Of a stretch of 64,000 nt of DNA, positions 1 to 12,300 are shown one piece after another. Source of the DNA: Podarcis vaucheri (taxonomy: Eukaryota); NCBI GenBank assembly GCA_965113315.1, contig OZ220366.1; one strand, 5' to 3'. The notes below the pieces were generated by a model. That model saw only the letters and a program-made list of their open reading frames with translations. It was not told where the DNA came from and did no database searches. The position numbers and the translations under genes are program-made. The first letter of the stretch is position 1. Each line of letters begins with the position of its first letter.

Positions 1-294
1 GTCCATTGTGCTGGCAAATGCTCCTACTTCCTTGAGATCCCTCGCATGTCAGTGAAGGTTCAGATACTAAATATGTGATTCAAATAAATTTCCTATACTT
101 TCCATAGCCCCGCTTCATAAAGTTCACACAATAAGGCATTTAGAAAGTAATCACTTTGAAGTTGGAAGCATTGTAAAAACCAACCAACCAAATAAATAAA
201 TAAATAAAGCAAGCTAATGGATCATGGGCTGCCTTGCACATGTGGAAATATATTTCTCGAAGGAGCCCTGTCTGTGCACAAGTTGAGGGATATG

Positions 295-430
295 TATAGA
301 ATCGTAGAGTTGGAAGGGACCACAGACTCATCTGGTCCAGCCCCCTGCAATGCAGGAATCTTTTGCCCAACATGGAGCTTAACCCATGACCCTGAGATTA
401 AGAGTCTTCTGCTCTACGGACTGAGATGTA
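295..430 (-). mobile_element. Second copy of the tRNA-Lys/CR1-tail SINE
   Basis: Reverse complement aligns by eye to 32895-33038. Tail-only copies occur at ~26420-26490 and ~28283-28352. Confidence 0.82.
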
Positions 431-636
431 AATCTCATGGAACTCCCCAGGGCTTATTTTCCAACTCAACATGCACAGAATTGATTGGGCTGGTCTGAGT
501 AGGAGTTGCTTCCAAGTAATGACTGTTAGGATGGTTCGGCAGTCTAACGCTGGAGGGGAAGCCGAAAGTGATTTCAGCTGGACGTTGTGAGTCAGAGGTT
601 ACTTGATGTGGAGATAAAGGCTGCAGTCCTACTCAT

Positions 637-773
637 TAGGGCTGAAGAACTTCCCATCCTCCAGATCTAGTGACACTCCCAGCTCCCATCAAACCTAGCC
701 AGCATGGCCAGTGGTCAGGGAGGATGGAAGCTGTAGTCCAACAACAAGTGGAAGAGGAGGTTCCTCAGCCCTG
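637..773. mobile_element. Palindromic hAT-like MITE (family copies at ~885-1020 and ~25930-26040)
   Basis: TAGGGCTGAAGAAC...GTTCCTCAGCCCTG ends; inner inverted core CAGCTCCCATC...GATGGAAGCTG. Confidence 0.65.
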
Positions 774-3199
774 CCATACACACTTCCCTGAGAGCAGGAC
801 CCATCCAGCTTAACAGGACTTCTACTTAATACTTATGAACCCAAGGAAAGCTAATCTAGTCAACTATCCTGTTCTCACAGTGACAGTGGTGGTTGTGGGA
901 CCTATGACGTTTCACGTGTTTTGCACTATAGCTTCCATCATCCCTGACTATTGGCTGTGCTGGTTGGAACTGGTGAAGTCCAGTAGTAATAGCTGGGGGG
1001 CACAGATCAGCCATCCTACATGTTCAGCATCTTGGCCTCTTGCTTTTGTTTTAAGGGGGGGAGATGTTTTTGTTGTTTGTTTCTGCAGGAACTGAGCCTT
1101 TTGCTGAGAGGCAAAGGTCGAGATGTGTGAGGAGGTGATCCTTTTGCGCTCTCCTTGTTTATCTTCTCTGCCTCCTCCACTCCACCCCACCCCACCCCAC
1201 GGCACAGCAGGGCCCTGCGTCGCAGCTGCATCTGACTGCGAGGAGAACTGGACAGGGTTGAAGACAGTAGCCCTTTCACAGACTGTCACCAGCACTCCGT
1301 GATTGGCTGTCAGAGCAGCGCGAGGCTTGTCCTACACTCGCCCCCCTGCAAGGCATGTCACTGCCTTCCCTTTCCCGGCTGCACCCCAGAAGTGACAGAC
1401 AGGCGGAGGCCGAGGTGTGCGCTCTGCTGGGAAGAGCTGCTCTTGGCGAGTCCCCTTGGAAACACTCCCAGGATTTCCAGCCCCAGCATGCAAGACAATC
1501 AAAATGGCCGAGGTAGTAAACAGCCACAAGTGGCTGCCGTTCAGCCCTCGATCAACGGTGTGCTGTTGTTGCTGTTGTTGTTATGGTGGTGCTGCTGTTG
1601 GTGTTTCAAAAGCGGGCTTAAATCGAGCCTCCTTCCTACAGGACGGCCATCTAAAGCCTTCCCAGTTAACAAAAGTGTTTCCTGTGTCGCTACCTCAAGA
1701 GTAGGAAACCTAAGATCCCCGATAGTTCTTCTGGCACACCGGGCAGGATGGGCTGCACTGCCTGAGGCGGAGAACCAGTTTCTGCAATGCAAGGAAATCT
1801 TCCTCAGGTAGATCTGCCTGAAGAAAAATCCCGTGTAGTTGAAAGGCCCTGCTCTTTCAATAAAATATATGCCTCGAAGCATCCGATACTGTATCTTTGT
1901 GGGAGAGCCACCTTATCGGAGGGAAGGATGAGGGTGAGCTGTTTGGAAATGGCTCTTTCCTTTGCTTTGGCCTCCTGGCACGACCAATTTCTGTCTCCAA
2001 TAGGGCTAAAGGGGCGGTTTCACTCCACTGTTTCCAATGCAGGTTTATGGCCATGTCCATAGAAACCCCTATATTCCGATTTCAACAACAAAAATACCCA
2101 ATTGATAATATGCTTTAAGACATTTTCTTACAAATGGCAGATGAGGTGCTAAACCGACACCTGAATTGCCCTACCAAGCACTGCAGGTCTGGTACCCAGC
2201 TTGACTGAATGCCCTCTCCTTGAAAATAAAAACAATCCGATACAGCGCAACCAGATGTCAGGGAGAGCGGTTCTGTGTAGCCTTCTCCTTAAGTGCTACC
2301 CTGCAGCGGCTCTGTACACAATACATTTAAAGCACATTTAAAGTGCATGATTATCCACAGAGATTCCTGGGAACTGCAGTCTGTCGGGGTAAACTACAGT
2401 TCCCAAGACTATGTGGGGGAAGCTATGTACTTTAAATACATGGTATAGAAATAGGTGGGCTTTAAAAAAATTATTATTAGCAGGGTGATGGTGTCTCGAA
2501 GCATTCCATCAAACGAGCCCTCAGGTACTGTCTGAAATCAAGACAAATGATTGCCAGCGACACAATCTGCTGTTTGTGAGAAGTAGGCCTGGGGGAGACT
2601 GGAAAATGTAGGTGAGACAGGAATACTCCCCTCCCACACACTCCGGAACCCTTTGTTCATTGACACTTTTACCCATTATGAGGTTGCTTCTGTCTCCTGC
2701 AGACAGAATGGCTGCTTTCTCCCTAGGAAGCACGAGTGGATTGTGGGACAGCCTCACAACAACCTGCGGAACAGGATCCGTCCACCACAGGCGCAAAAAG
2801 CAAGCAACAGACCCGTAGATCTGTAACGCGCTGGCTTAGGTGGAACAACAGTTGTTCCTCAGCTATCCAAGGTTGGAGCCTTGGTTCGCTCCAGTCTATC
2901 TGGTTGTGGTGCTGAACCAGAGAGAAGACGTTAGCTTGAATGAATGGATCTGGCTCTTTTTTAGGCCTCATAAAAGAAGAAGACTAAAAAGAATACTGGC
3001 AATTGTATAGGTATACTTTTAGGGTTGAGAGAGTTTTACATGCATACTAAGCTAGAGGAGGCAGAACTTTATCTGTGACTCGTCTGCCTTTCATAGCTGC
3101 TTCTTTTTTTAACGTTTCAGGGTTAGAAGTCGAGGCCTTGTGGCTTCTCTCTCAGTTGCCGGTGCGCTGCATCTGTGTCACATGCCTCACAAAATCTGA

Positions 3200-4650
3200 A
3201 ACATGTTCTTTCCTGTCTGCCGAGCGCGCACCGGCGCTCTGTGTACGCCAGGGCCAACGCCGGCCGACGTTTCCACTCGAACTGCAACCACTGAGAGTTG
3301 AAAACATGGTCGTCCCTCCACGCCTACTTATGTTTACGCAGAAGTAAGCCCCATTGATTTCAGTGGAACTTGCTCCCCAGTCCGTTTGTTTAGGATTGCA
3401 GCCCAAGTGTGTGACTTTCCAGGACGGAACACAATCCCTGTTAGAAACTTGGCAGCGGCAGCCGGAGAGGTTTTTCGCCTGCGAGCACACATTTCGATCA
3501 CTTTGGGGCCAGCAGAAAGCCACGCATTGCTCCGCCACCCATTGGCCCAGAAAAACAGCACGGACTTCCAGCCCCGGCCCCCCTCTGCTGCGGCGCCAGG
3601 TGTGTGTGTGTGTGTGTGTTTTAAGTGGGGGGAGGGAAAAAAATCTTAATTTCAATGTCTTTTGTTTTCCTGATGGTGAAATCAGGCGTGCAAGAGTGGT
3701 CAGAGCCTCTGTCTCAGGCCAAGCCAAGGTGGCCTTGTTTTGTTATTCAGATTTCTACACTCCCATTAAAGCAGGCTCCCAGGAAGCGGCGGCAACGGCT
3801 TGATTTAACGCACACTCAAGCAGGGCCATTCAGAGCTCGGGAGAGCGCCGGGTTATTTATAGGCTTTTTCCTCGGCGCTGTGCGCCGCCGTAGCCGAGCA
3901 GACCGCTAATGAATTTAATCCTGGCGACACCCTTAGGAAGGAGAAAAGGACTGAGTCACGGGCCGAGGTTGATCAGGCCCGGGGCCTCCAGCGCGGCGCG
4001 GCTCCGGTGATTGATTACGTGCCTTGCCAAGAGACCGGCCTGCTGCTTCGGGATGCAGCGCTGCCTGGAAAAGGGGCCAGCGGGGAGCCACGTGGAGTTC
4101 AGAAAAGAAGGGCCGGTGCCGTGTGAATCCATTGTCGCGCCAAACAGCCAGAGCGAGGCGAAAGGCTGCAGCTACGCGGTTCCCCTCGCCTCCCAGCTCC
4201 GCAGAGAGGCGCTTCTGGCCCGTCCTCCACAGCAGCGCTGCCTTCAGGAGGTCTTTAAGCGCTCGGCGTGCCCGCAGCGGCTGTTTTTTTGGCGTGGATT
4301 TCCCTCTCCGATGCTTTCGGTCCCGAGGAGCGCCAGCGTCTACGGCTCGCTGACTCCGCTCGCTCTCCAGTGCTCCTCTTCTCTCCCCCCACCCCAGCGC
4401 AACGCACAACGGCCTGACCCGAGGGTCAGCTCTCCGAGGAGGCGAGGGAGGAAGGGAGGGAGGGAGGGAAAGAGGCCTGGCGATTTGCGGCCTCAGTTCC
4501 TTCGGCGAAGGCTCCCTCGGCGATTCTGCTTAGCAAAACACAGGCGGGGCGAACGCGGGGCGGGGGGTAGACTTAGCGACCGAGACGACCCCCCCCCTCA
4601 CACACACACAATGCCTCGGGAGGCGTTGCGTTTGCAACCTCTGGGAATCC
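3200..4650. promoter_or_regulatory. CpG island with homeodomain and AP-1 motif cluster
   Basis: High CG density; TGATTTAA, TAATGAATTTAAT, TGAGTCA and TGATTGAT within ~3800-4020. Confidence 0.7.
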
Positions 4651-7600
4651 TCACCGGGTGGGGGTGGGGAAGACAGGCACTCAAGGAGCATAAAATAAAA
4701 TCTGAAAACAAAAACAACCCGTGTGATCGCTAAGAACTTGCTTGGAAAGACCCTGCGCGAGCAAATGTTCCGGGTCCTTGAGACGCGGAACGTCTGGGCA
4801 GCTCAGTCCATCATAAACTGGTTAAACAATGGCGTTAATGAAACCAGTCTTACAATCCGAGGACTTCGACTCAGTTGTGTTGCTCGGCAAGCAGGTTCAG
4901 GACTTCCACTGTATTTTTTATTTTATTTTTAAAGAATTTGTCCTTTCTTTTTCTGAAGGCTCGACCATACACACTCAGAGACTCAGAATGGTTTTTTTGG
5001 GCTAGAGTCGCCGCACATACTGTCGTGACCATATTCAAAGGTTCCTCAGAAAATTAAACGGATATGATTTTAAAACCGTTTTAAATACAGTATCAACCCA
5101 CTTTGCAAGCATACATCTACACTTGCTTGACCAGAAAAAGAAGTGAAAGTAAAAGCAGGACATTTCGACAAGGACTTCCTTCTCCCAGTTTTCCCCTTTT
5201 TATCTCTGGATACGAGGGAAATGCATATGTATCTAACAGAGGCCTTCCACCCCCACCGCCATCCAGCTGCATGTCTGTACCTCACGTGTGCTCCGTCTAA
5301 TAACTTTTAATGTCTAGCCCTAAAACGTCTTTATAAAAAATAGCTTTACAATGTAATGGGCCAGGTGTCCTTGCACTCGTTGCCGGAGATTGAAAAAACG
5401 TGTAGGATGGTTTTCAGATGCAAAGCTCATAAACTGGGAACAATATGCAACCCACCCCCTCCATTTCGGATTTTAAACTCCACTTCCAGGCACCTCTGGA
5501 GGAAAACCTTCCCGACGCATTTGCAGTGCACACACTTCATTGGCAACTTGTTTCTTTACTCTCCCCTCCCCTCCCCCTTAAGAGTATTTACCCTCCAGCT
5601 TGGGAAAGCGATGCCTTTTTGCCATTTCTATCAGCTGGTTTTAAGAAGCTGAAAAGCTTGTGTGCCCAGCGTTTCGGGTTACAAACGGTAGATATCTTTC
5701 ACTTCTGCTTTGAAAGCGAAGAGGAGGCTTTCCACCCCTCCCTCCCTCTTGTATAGATGCAAGCTAAAAATAAAATCCAACAGAATATTAGCTTTCTGGC
5801 TAGAAATAGGTATCAAAACAATCAAGCGATTATTCATGAGATAAGAACTTGGGATTTAGGTTTCCAAATCCTTCTAGCAGACTCTACTTTTAAGAATCTC
5901 CTGCTTTCCATTAAAACGTAAGAGATTCGCATAATTAAAGAAGGAAACTGCATACTGAGTAAGCAACTTTTTTAATCAAGGCAAATGTTGCTAGGGACCG
6001 GGTTTAAACATTTCCCCTTCTTTCCCACAGATTCCTGGACTTCGGGATGAACAGGCTGGAGCGCTCGTCGGCGTTGAAATAGCTAATCGCTCGGGATGCC
6101 GCAGCTCCTAGCATACTTACCTAGGTATAAACAGCTTATGCAGGCAACATAAGAGTGTTTTAAGGACGCTGGAGCGAAAATTAAGAGCGAGGGCTTGGTA
6201 TAATCACCTCTGTAGTCAGTGACAATAAAATTCCATTCAATTCCACCCGGCTGGTTTGTGCTCCCCTCACCCACGCCCTTCTCTTATAGCTAAAAACCTA
6301 GACACGTCTAATCCGTATCAGATAAATCCCGGACCCCAAACTTTCCTGACAAGCATGTTTAGGGTTGCAGCCCTGTCGGATTACCAGTGGAAGCTGCTCT
6401 CTCGCGAGTAGGGACCCGATACCTCTACAGCGCAATCCTGTGGCACGTTTCCTCAGAAGCAAGTTCCACTGTGTACAGTGAGGCTTACTACAAAGTAAAC
6501 GTGCAGAGAGGAGGACTGCAGTGGGAGCCAGTGATTCCCCCCCCCCCATGCTGCACACACCATCCTGGTTAAAGAAGTGTCCCTGAATGAGCGGGGGCGC
6601 GCGCAAGCGCGCGCGCCCCCAACACACACCACCACTTCCCGAAGTCTATAGGGTTAAATCTTGTAGCCGGCGCCTTGCTGTTAATTCCAGCAATCGCTAG
6701 GAAAGCCATAAAGAATCACGCGCTGTGCGAGGGAGAACCGAACAAGCGAGGATCAGTCAAGATGGGCGTCCTGAACCCGACATTTACTAGCTGACCTGCC
6801 GAGTCAGCGCTACCAAAGTAAGTAGATACGCAAGATAACGACCATCCCGGCGAGCGAGAGATCAAAAGGCCGGCAGAGAAATCTCCAGCCGGTACTAGAA
6901 TTACAGGGAAGGAGCGGGGGGGGGACCCCTCTCGCTCCACCTTCCCAAGCGATTCACACGCCGTGACAAAAAAACGTGTTTGGGAGTTTCAGAGGTGGGA
7001 ACCACGCGGTACCTTGTTTAGACACCAAGGGGAGGGAATCGGTTTTGGGGGCACTCCGGAAAGCTGCTTGAGAACTGAATGGTTCTCCTCACCCAGAAAG
7101 GCTCGAGGGCAAAGGGGCAAGAAAGAAAGCCCACGTCGGAGTATGAAAACAGCGACTAGTGGTAAAATGAAGGATGTTGAAGAGTCGTGGGTGCAGGGGG
7201 TACACTGGAGGGGAACGGTGGCTTGCGTGCTTCTGGAAAGGAGAGATAAAGGGAAATTGCTCGTTTGGAGGGAGTCTTTAAATACAGGTTGGGATGAAAG
7301 CGGGACACCACACAGTTATCTAAAAAAAGGAAAGAAAAGAGAGGGCTGGAGAGGCATTTTCCCTCCGGGGGAAGAGTGGTGGCCAGATAAGACGGGGAGA
7401 GAGAGAGAGAGAGAAGGCGAAGAAGACGTTCCACTTTGGGCAGGCTGTGCGCGACAATGGAACGCGCGCGGGTGGGGGGAAGGGGAGGGAGGGGGAGGGG
7501 AACAAAGAAACAGCCCATTTGGGGTTCTCAGGGAAATGCAAAGAGAGGCAGATGAACGTGGGGGGAAGGAGGAAGAGCTCGGTTTTCCACACCTGAGGAT

Positions 7601-7939
7601 ATATATATATATTAGGCGCGTGAGGGGAGGGGGAATGAATAGGCAGCGCCGTCCTCCTTCCGCCTCATACAAGGTTATGAGGATGCCGTTTACGAGGTGG
7701 AGGGCTTCTCCTTCTCTCTCACCCCCCTGTTTGAAAAGACTCTTAATGAAGGGCTGAGGAAAAGGGAGAAAAGGGGTCGCGAACAACACACACGCGACAC
7801 GCGGGAAGGTGCTCTTGGGAGAAGCAGATATTGAGGCGGAGAGGAGCCCGCGCTCGCTCGGCTTGGCGAGGAGGTCGCGGAAGGGGGAGAGCGAAGCCTT
7901 CTGCCTCGGGCGAAAAAAGGAGAGGAAGCCGGGCGGGCG

Positions 7940-8568
7940 GGCTGGCGGGGGTCTGGCTGCGCCTGCTACTGCCGTTGCCGCTGCTGCCGGGGCTTTGACA
8001 GCTTGGCGAAGCGGAGGGAGAGGAGCTTTATGGTAATTGCGGCTCTCTCTCCACTGGCCTTCTGGGTAGCGAGCCGAGCCGAGCAGGGAGTCTGGCGAGG
8101 GGGCGGGAAGAGACTTTCCCCCTTTTTTTCCACCTCGCCTGGTCAAAAAGGAGAGCGGAGTCTCCTCAGGGCGCCCTCAGGCAGGGCAGGGCAAGGCAAG
8201 CAGAGCGAGGAGGAGAGAGAGGGGAAGGGGGGGGGAGCAGCCAGGAAACGCCGCGGAGTGGCGGGGAATCAATTAAGGAGAGAAAGCGAAAAGCCTTGGA
8301 GAAAGGGGGAAAAAGGAAAGAAAAGAGGCAGCTCCGGGAGAGCGCGGGGGGAAGAGAAGCCTCGCTGCTGCTGCTGTTTGGGAGAGCGGAGTGGAGGTGG
8401 CTTTGCTGCCGCTGCCTCTACTGGCGGCGGCTCCCTGAGTGCTGAGCCCGCCGGGGGGAGGGGAGGGGAAAGAGGAGAGGGCGGGGAAGGGAAGGAGGAG
8501 GCGGTGGAGGAGGAGGAGGCGAAGGGGGGCAGCGTGCAGCAGACGGAGCCTGCTCTCCCAGCGGCAAG
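7940..8568 (+). other. BCOR: Candidate non-coding first exon of BCOR (5' end approximate)
   Basis: Lies in the strongest CpG island, has purine-rich 5'UTR-like sequence, and ends in a strong donor GCAAG|gtgagg (GT at 8569). No transcript evidence is available. Confidence 0.5.
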
Positions 8569-9287
8569 GTGAGGAAGAGCGGCTTTCCCGGTGGATTAAA
8601 TCCCCAGAGCCAGCCCAGCCACACACACGCACACGCCGCCGCCGCCGCCGCCAGGACGCGGGGCTCTAGCCAGGGAAGAAAGAGCATGTAGGCGCCGTCG
8701 CCAGGAGCCGTCGAGCCCAGCCCGGAGCAGCCACACCAGCAACATGGCGCTGCCAGAGCCGAGCCGTCGGGCAGCCGGAGGGAGCCTGCTGCTGGCGGGG
8801 TGCTGAGCCCGAGCGATAGTCAAGCGGGGTGACCGTAGGTCTCGCTCCCCCCCCCTTCCAACCCGCGCAGCCCCAGCTGCCCTGCCGAGGTCCGCCGGTG
8901 GCCGGATTGTCCGACGTGGGGGCAGCCCGGGTCTCTCCCCCCCCTTGGGCTCGGAGGTTGGCAAACTTTTCTCGCCCACCCAGACTGAGAGTGGCTCGCT
9001 TTGGAGAGGACACGCTAGAAGCGACGCCGGAGCGACACCACGGCGGCATCTCCGGAGCCGAGGCTAAGGTCAGCGCTCTCCCCTTTGAACTCCTCTCTCT
9101 CTCTCTCTCGTCTCTCTTTCTCTCTCTGCGGAAACGCCGCGACGGCCAAGTACCAAAAAGGGCGACGATCGCATGCGGTACGCTTGAGTCTTGGTACACT
9201 TCTCCCGTGTGTGGGGAGGGGGGACCTCGACGCGGCGACCTTTTTCCTCAACACCCCCCCCCGCCCCCAGACCTGGCTGGGGTGCGC

Positions 9288-9290
<3 letters not shown>

Positions 9291-9324
<34 letters not shown>

Positions 9325-9332
9325 TGTGTGTG
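9291..9332. repeat. (TG)n microsatellite followed by CG and AG dinucleotide runs
   Basis: Direct reading. Confidence 0.95.
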
Positions 9333-12300
9333 CGCGCGCGTAGGAGAGAGAGAGAGCGCGCGCGTTGGTCCCAGCCTGCCTCTCCTCGGTTGGGATCGCT
9401 GCCAGAATGTCTCTCAACCTGAAACGATCCGGGCTCCGAGGAGGAGGGCGGCGTGGAGGCGAGGGAGATGTTCGCGAGCACAGCGGTCACCGCCTGAATG
9501 CGCCTTGGCCGGGGAGAGGCGGGACGCGGAGGCGTCGGGTGGGGGGAGTGCTCCGAGGGGCGGGTGTGTTGCGCGGGTTTGTTGAAGTTTGCAGGGTTGT
9601 GAAGAGAGGCGCGAGGTGGGGGGGGGGGAGCGAGCGAGCGAGCGACGAGGAAAGGGGAAGCTGCCGGTCGCGCTCTGTCTGCTCCAGCAGGAAGGAGGTG
9701 GCGGCGGGCGGAGGAGGATCGAGAGAAGAGGCTTCGCGGCGTCTCGCTCCTCTTTTATCTTTCGGATTTGGAAAGGGCTATAAAAGCCCCACCTCTGGCA
9801 GCCGCCACTTCTGGGCTCCCAGGGGGAAAGGGGAGAGTGGGTGGAGGGGAAAGGAGCGTTTTCGGAGAGCTGCTTGGCTCTCCTTTTGGCCCACCGGCAG
9901 CGAAGTTCAAAGATGAGTACCGGGAAGAGACAGCCAACGTGATTGAGGTAAAAAGAGGCTCTCGCTTTCGGTGCGTGCGTGGGGCGTATTTGTTGCTTTT
10001 CTGAACGCTCTTGGAAAGAGACTGCGGAGGCTGTGGGAGGTTTTCTTCCCGGTTGTTTTCGAGGCCACTTTTTGAGGGGGGTGTCGGAGTCGGTTGGGCG
10101 GGTTGTGGGGGGGGGATAAACGAGAAGGTTCGGGGGCGGCGGAGAGGCGATGTTCTAGAGCTGGTGGTTCCAGTTCAAAGACTTTGTGTTGCTAGTCTGG
10201 GGTGGGGGTGGGAAGAGGTCCAGCGCCGCCGTTAGGAATTTCGGGCGTCCTTTGCACCTTTCATTTCTGGCTCCGGGGAGGTTGAGAACTTGCCTCCCAG
10301 GAGCGGATGGCGGAGGCTGTTGGCTGGAAAACCCTAGCCAACTCCGGGGTTGCTTGTGCTCGGCATCTGAGGCACGTAGCTTGTTTGTTGCGAAGCCAGT
10401 CCGGGGGCGATCTCTAGCTTTGCGAAGCCTTCGCCTTTCGTTTCTGCCTCGCCGGCTGCGTCTCAGATTCAGAAAAGCGAGGTATGTGGGTGGAAGGAAG
10501 CGGTGGGGGGGGGAGGAGGAGAGAGAGTGGAGGGAAGCGTAGATCGGAAAACCCCAAAACCCCTTGAATCAGAAGCTGCGAGGGAAATACGTGCTGGTGT
10601 TTTAATGGCAATCGCCTCGGAGCTTGTTTCCGTATTTAATTCTCCCGAGCAATTCCCTTCTCGGCTCTCCATCTGCTCGGTGGAAGCCCCGCAGCTTCGC
10701 GTTCGCCTCCCTTGGCAAAAGGGCGGTCTGCGCTCGTTCTGGTCGCGCGGGCTGGATCTGTCAAGCTTTTGTAAACTTTTCCATGAGGCCTAGGCCAAAG
10801 GGCTCCTTAGACGGGCCCCACGAAGACTATCTGCCAGCAGAGATAAGGAGAGCGAGACTTCTCCCCTCCCGCATTGTAAGGGGAGTAAAGCGAAGCGCCC
10901 TTGCAAGATCGCCCTGGGACCTTGGAGACAGATCCCCGAGGCCAAACTAAGTTGTCCCCGGGGAGTGGGGGTGTTGTGTACATTCAGCATTGCCGAAGTG
11001 GATCGGCTCCCACTCCCCCCCCACGCCATATTTGCATGCTGTTAATCTTGGGAGTCCCGCTCCTGGAGGCGGCTGCTTCCAGCTTTGCGCTCTCTTTCTC
11101 TCTTACACACACACACAGTTCCGTCTGGGCAATGTTGGCGCTGGCAGAGATGCCTGCGGGATGCGGTGCCCTCGCGATAGGGCCTGGTGGTTATAAAAGC
11201 TCCCGTCCCTTGCCTTGTGCTCCCTTAGTTGAGGCCAGTGGGACTGCTCTGGAGTAAAGCAGGCCAGGAGGACTGGGCTCAATTAAGGTTTTGTCTTTTT
11301 GTTTGTTTCCTCTTTACCAGCCTTGTGGGGATGTTATGTAGGTATTTTAAGTGGCAGCTGGTGGGTTTTGTCTTTTTGCGAACAAGACAACCTTAATGGC
11401 TTTTCGGCGGACCGTAAAAAGCAGGACTTGGAATTTCCTCCCCGGCCTCCATCCCGCAAGGTTTGACACAGGAGACGAGATCTCTGAATTGGTGACTGGG
11501 AGTTAATTAGGAAGTATCCTCTGGATCAATGAGTCGCACATCCCATTAGCTATTTCCCAGCTCTTTGCGGAATCGGCCTTTCCATCTACTAAGCCGGAAA
11601 CTGCTTCGTTTTCGAGCTGGGGTCAGATAGAGTCAAGGAGTTTTTGGACAAGCAAAGAAGAGTGAAATCTGGGAACCAGCCCTTCCGTCGCAATGATTAA
11701 GTTCTCCACTCTCTGGAAGGCCTGGAATCTCGCCTCTCCCCCTCTTTCCCCACACTTTCTCCGAGGGGAGCCCAGGCCCTTCGCCCAGGGCAACTGCGGG
11801 ACACGAAACGTGCCGCGCGCATTTAGCGTGCGCTAAACAGGGACAGACAAAACCCCGTTTGTCAGCCATGAGGGTGGGCTGTTTCAGGGGTCTCTGCATA
11901 CCCACCAGCTGTTGGTACTGCGGGTGATGGTTCTTTATTACCCCATTTCATCTCGAAGGTGAGGTGCGGTGCTGGAGGAGGAGGAGAGAAAAGGGAAGGC
12001 GGCTTTTCTCTCCCCCCCCCCACCGGTATTGTTTCGCTCGCCTGTGATAGATCGGTCTAGACAGCCGTCCAAGCTCCCTGCGAGCGGAAGAACCGGAGCC
12101 TGAAAGGGAGAGTGGGGGAGTCGCAAAGGAAAAGGTCACCGCGAGATTCGGTGCGTGTGGATGTGTGTGTTAACCCTTCAGGAGTCAGAAATCGAGGTAG
12201 ATTTTTTCTGCGTGAAGGGTTGAGGCTGGCAGTTGCAGAAATCTTCTGTCTCCAGGGGGAGGGGAAGTTGGGAGAGACCGAGGCGCGATCCCTCGGGCTG

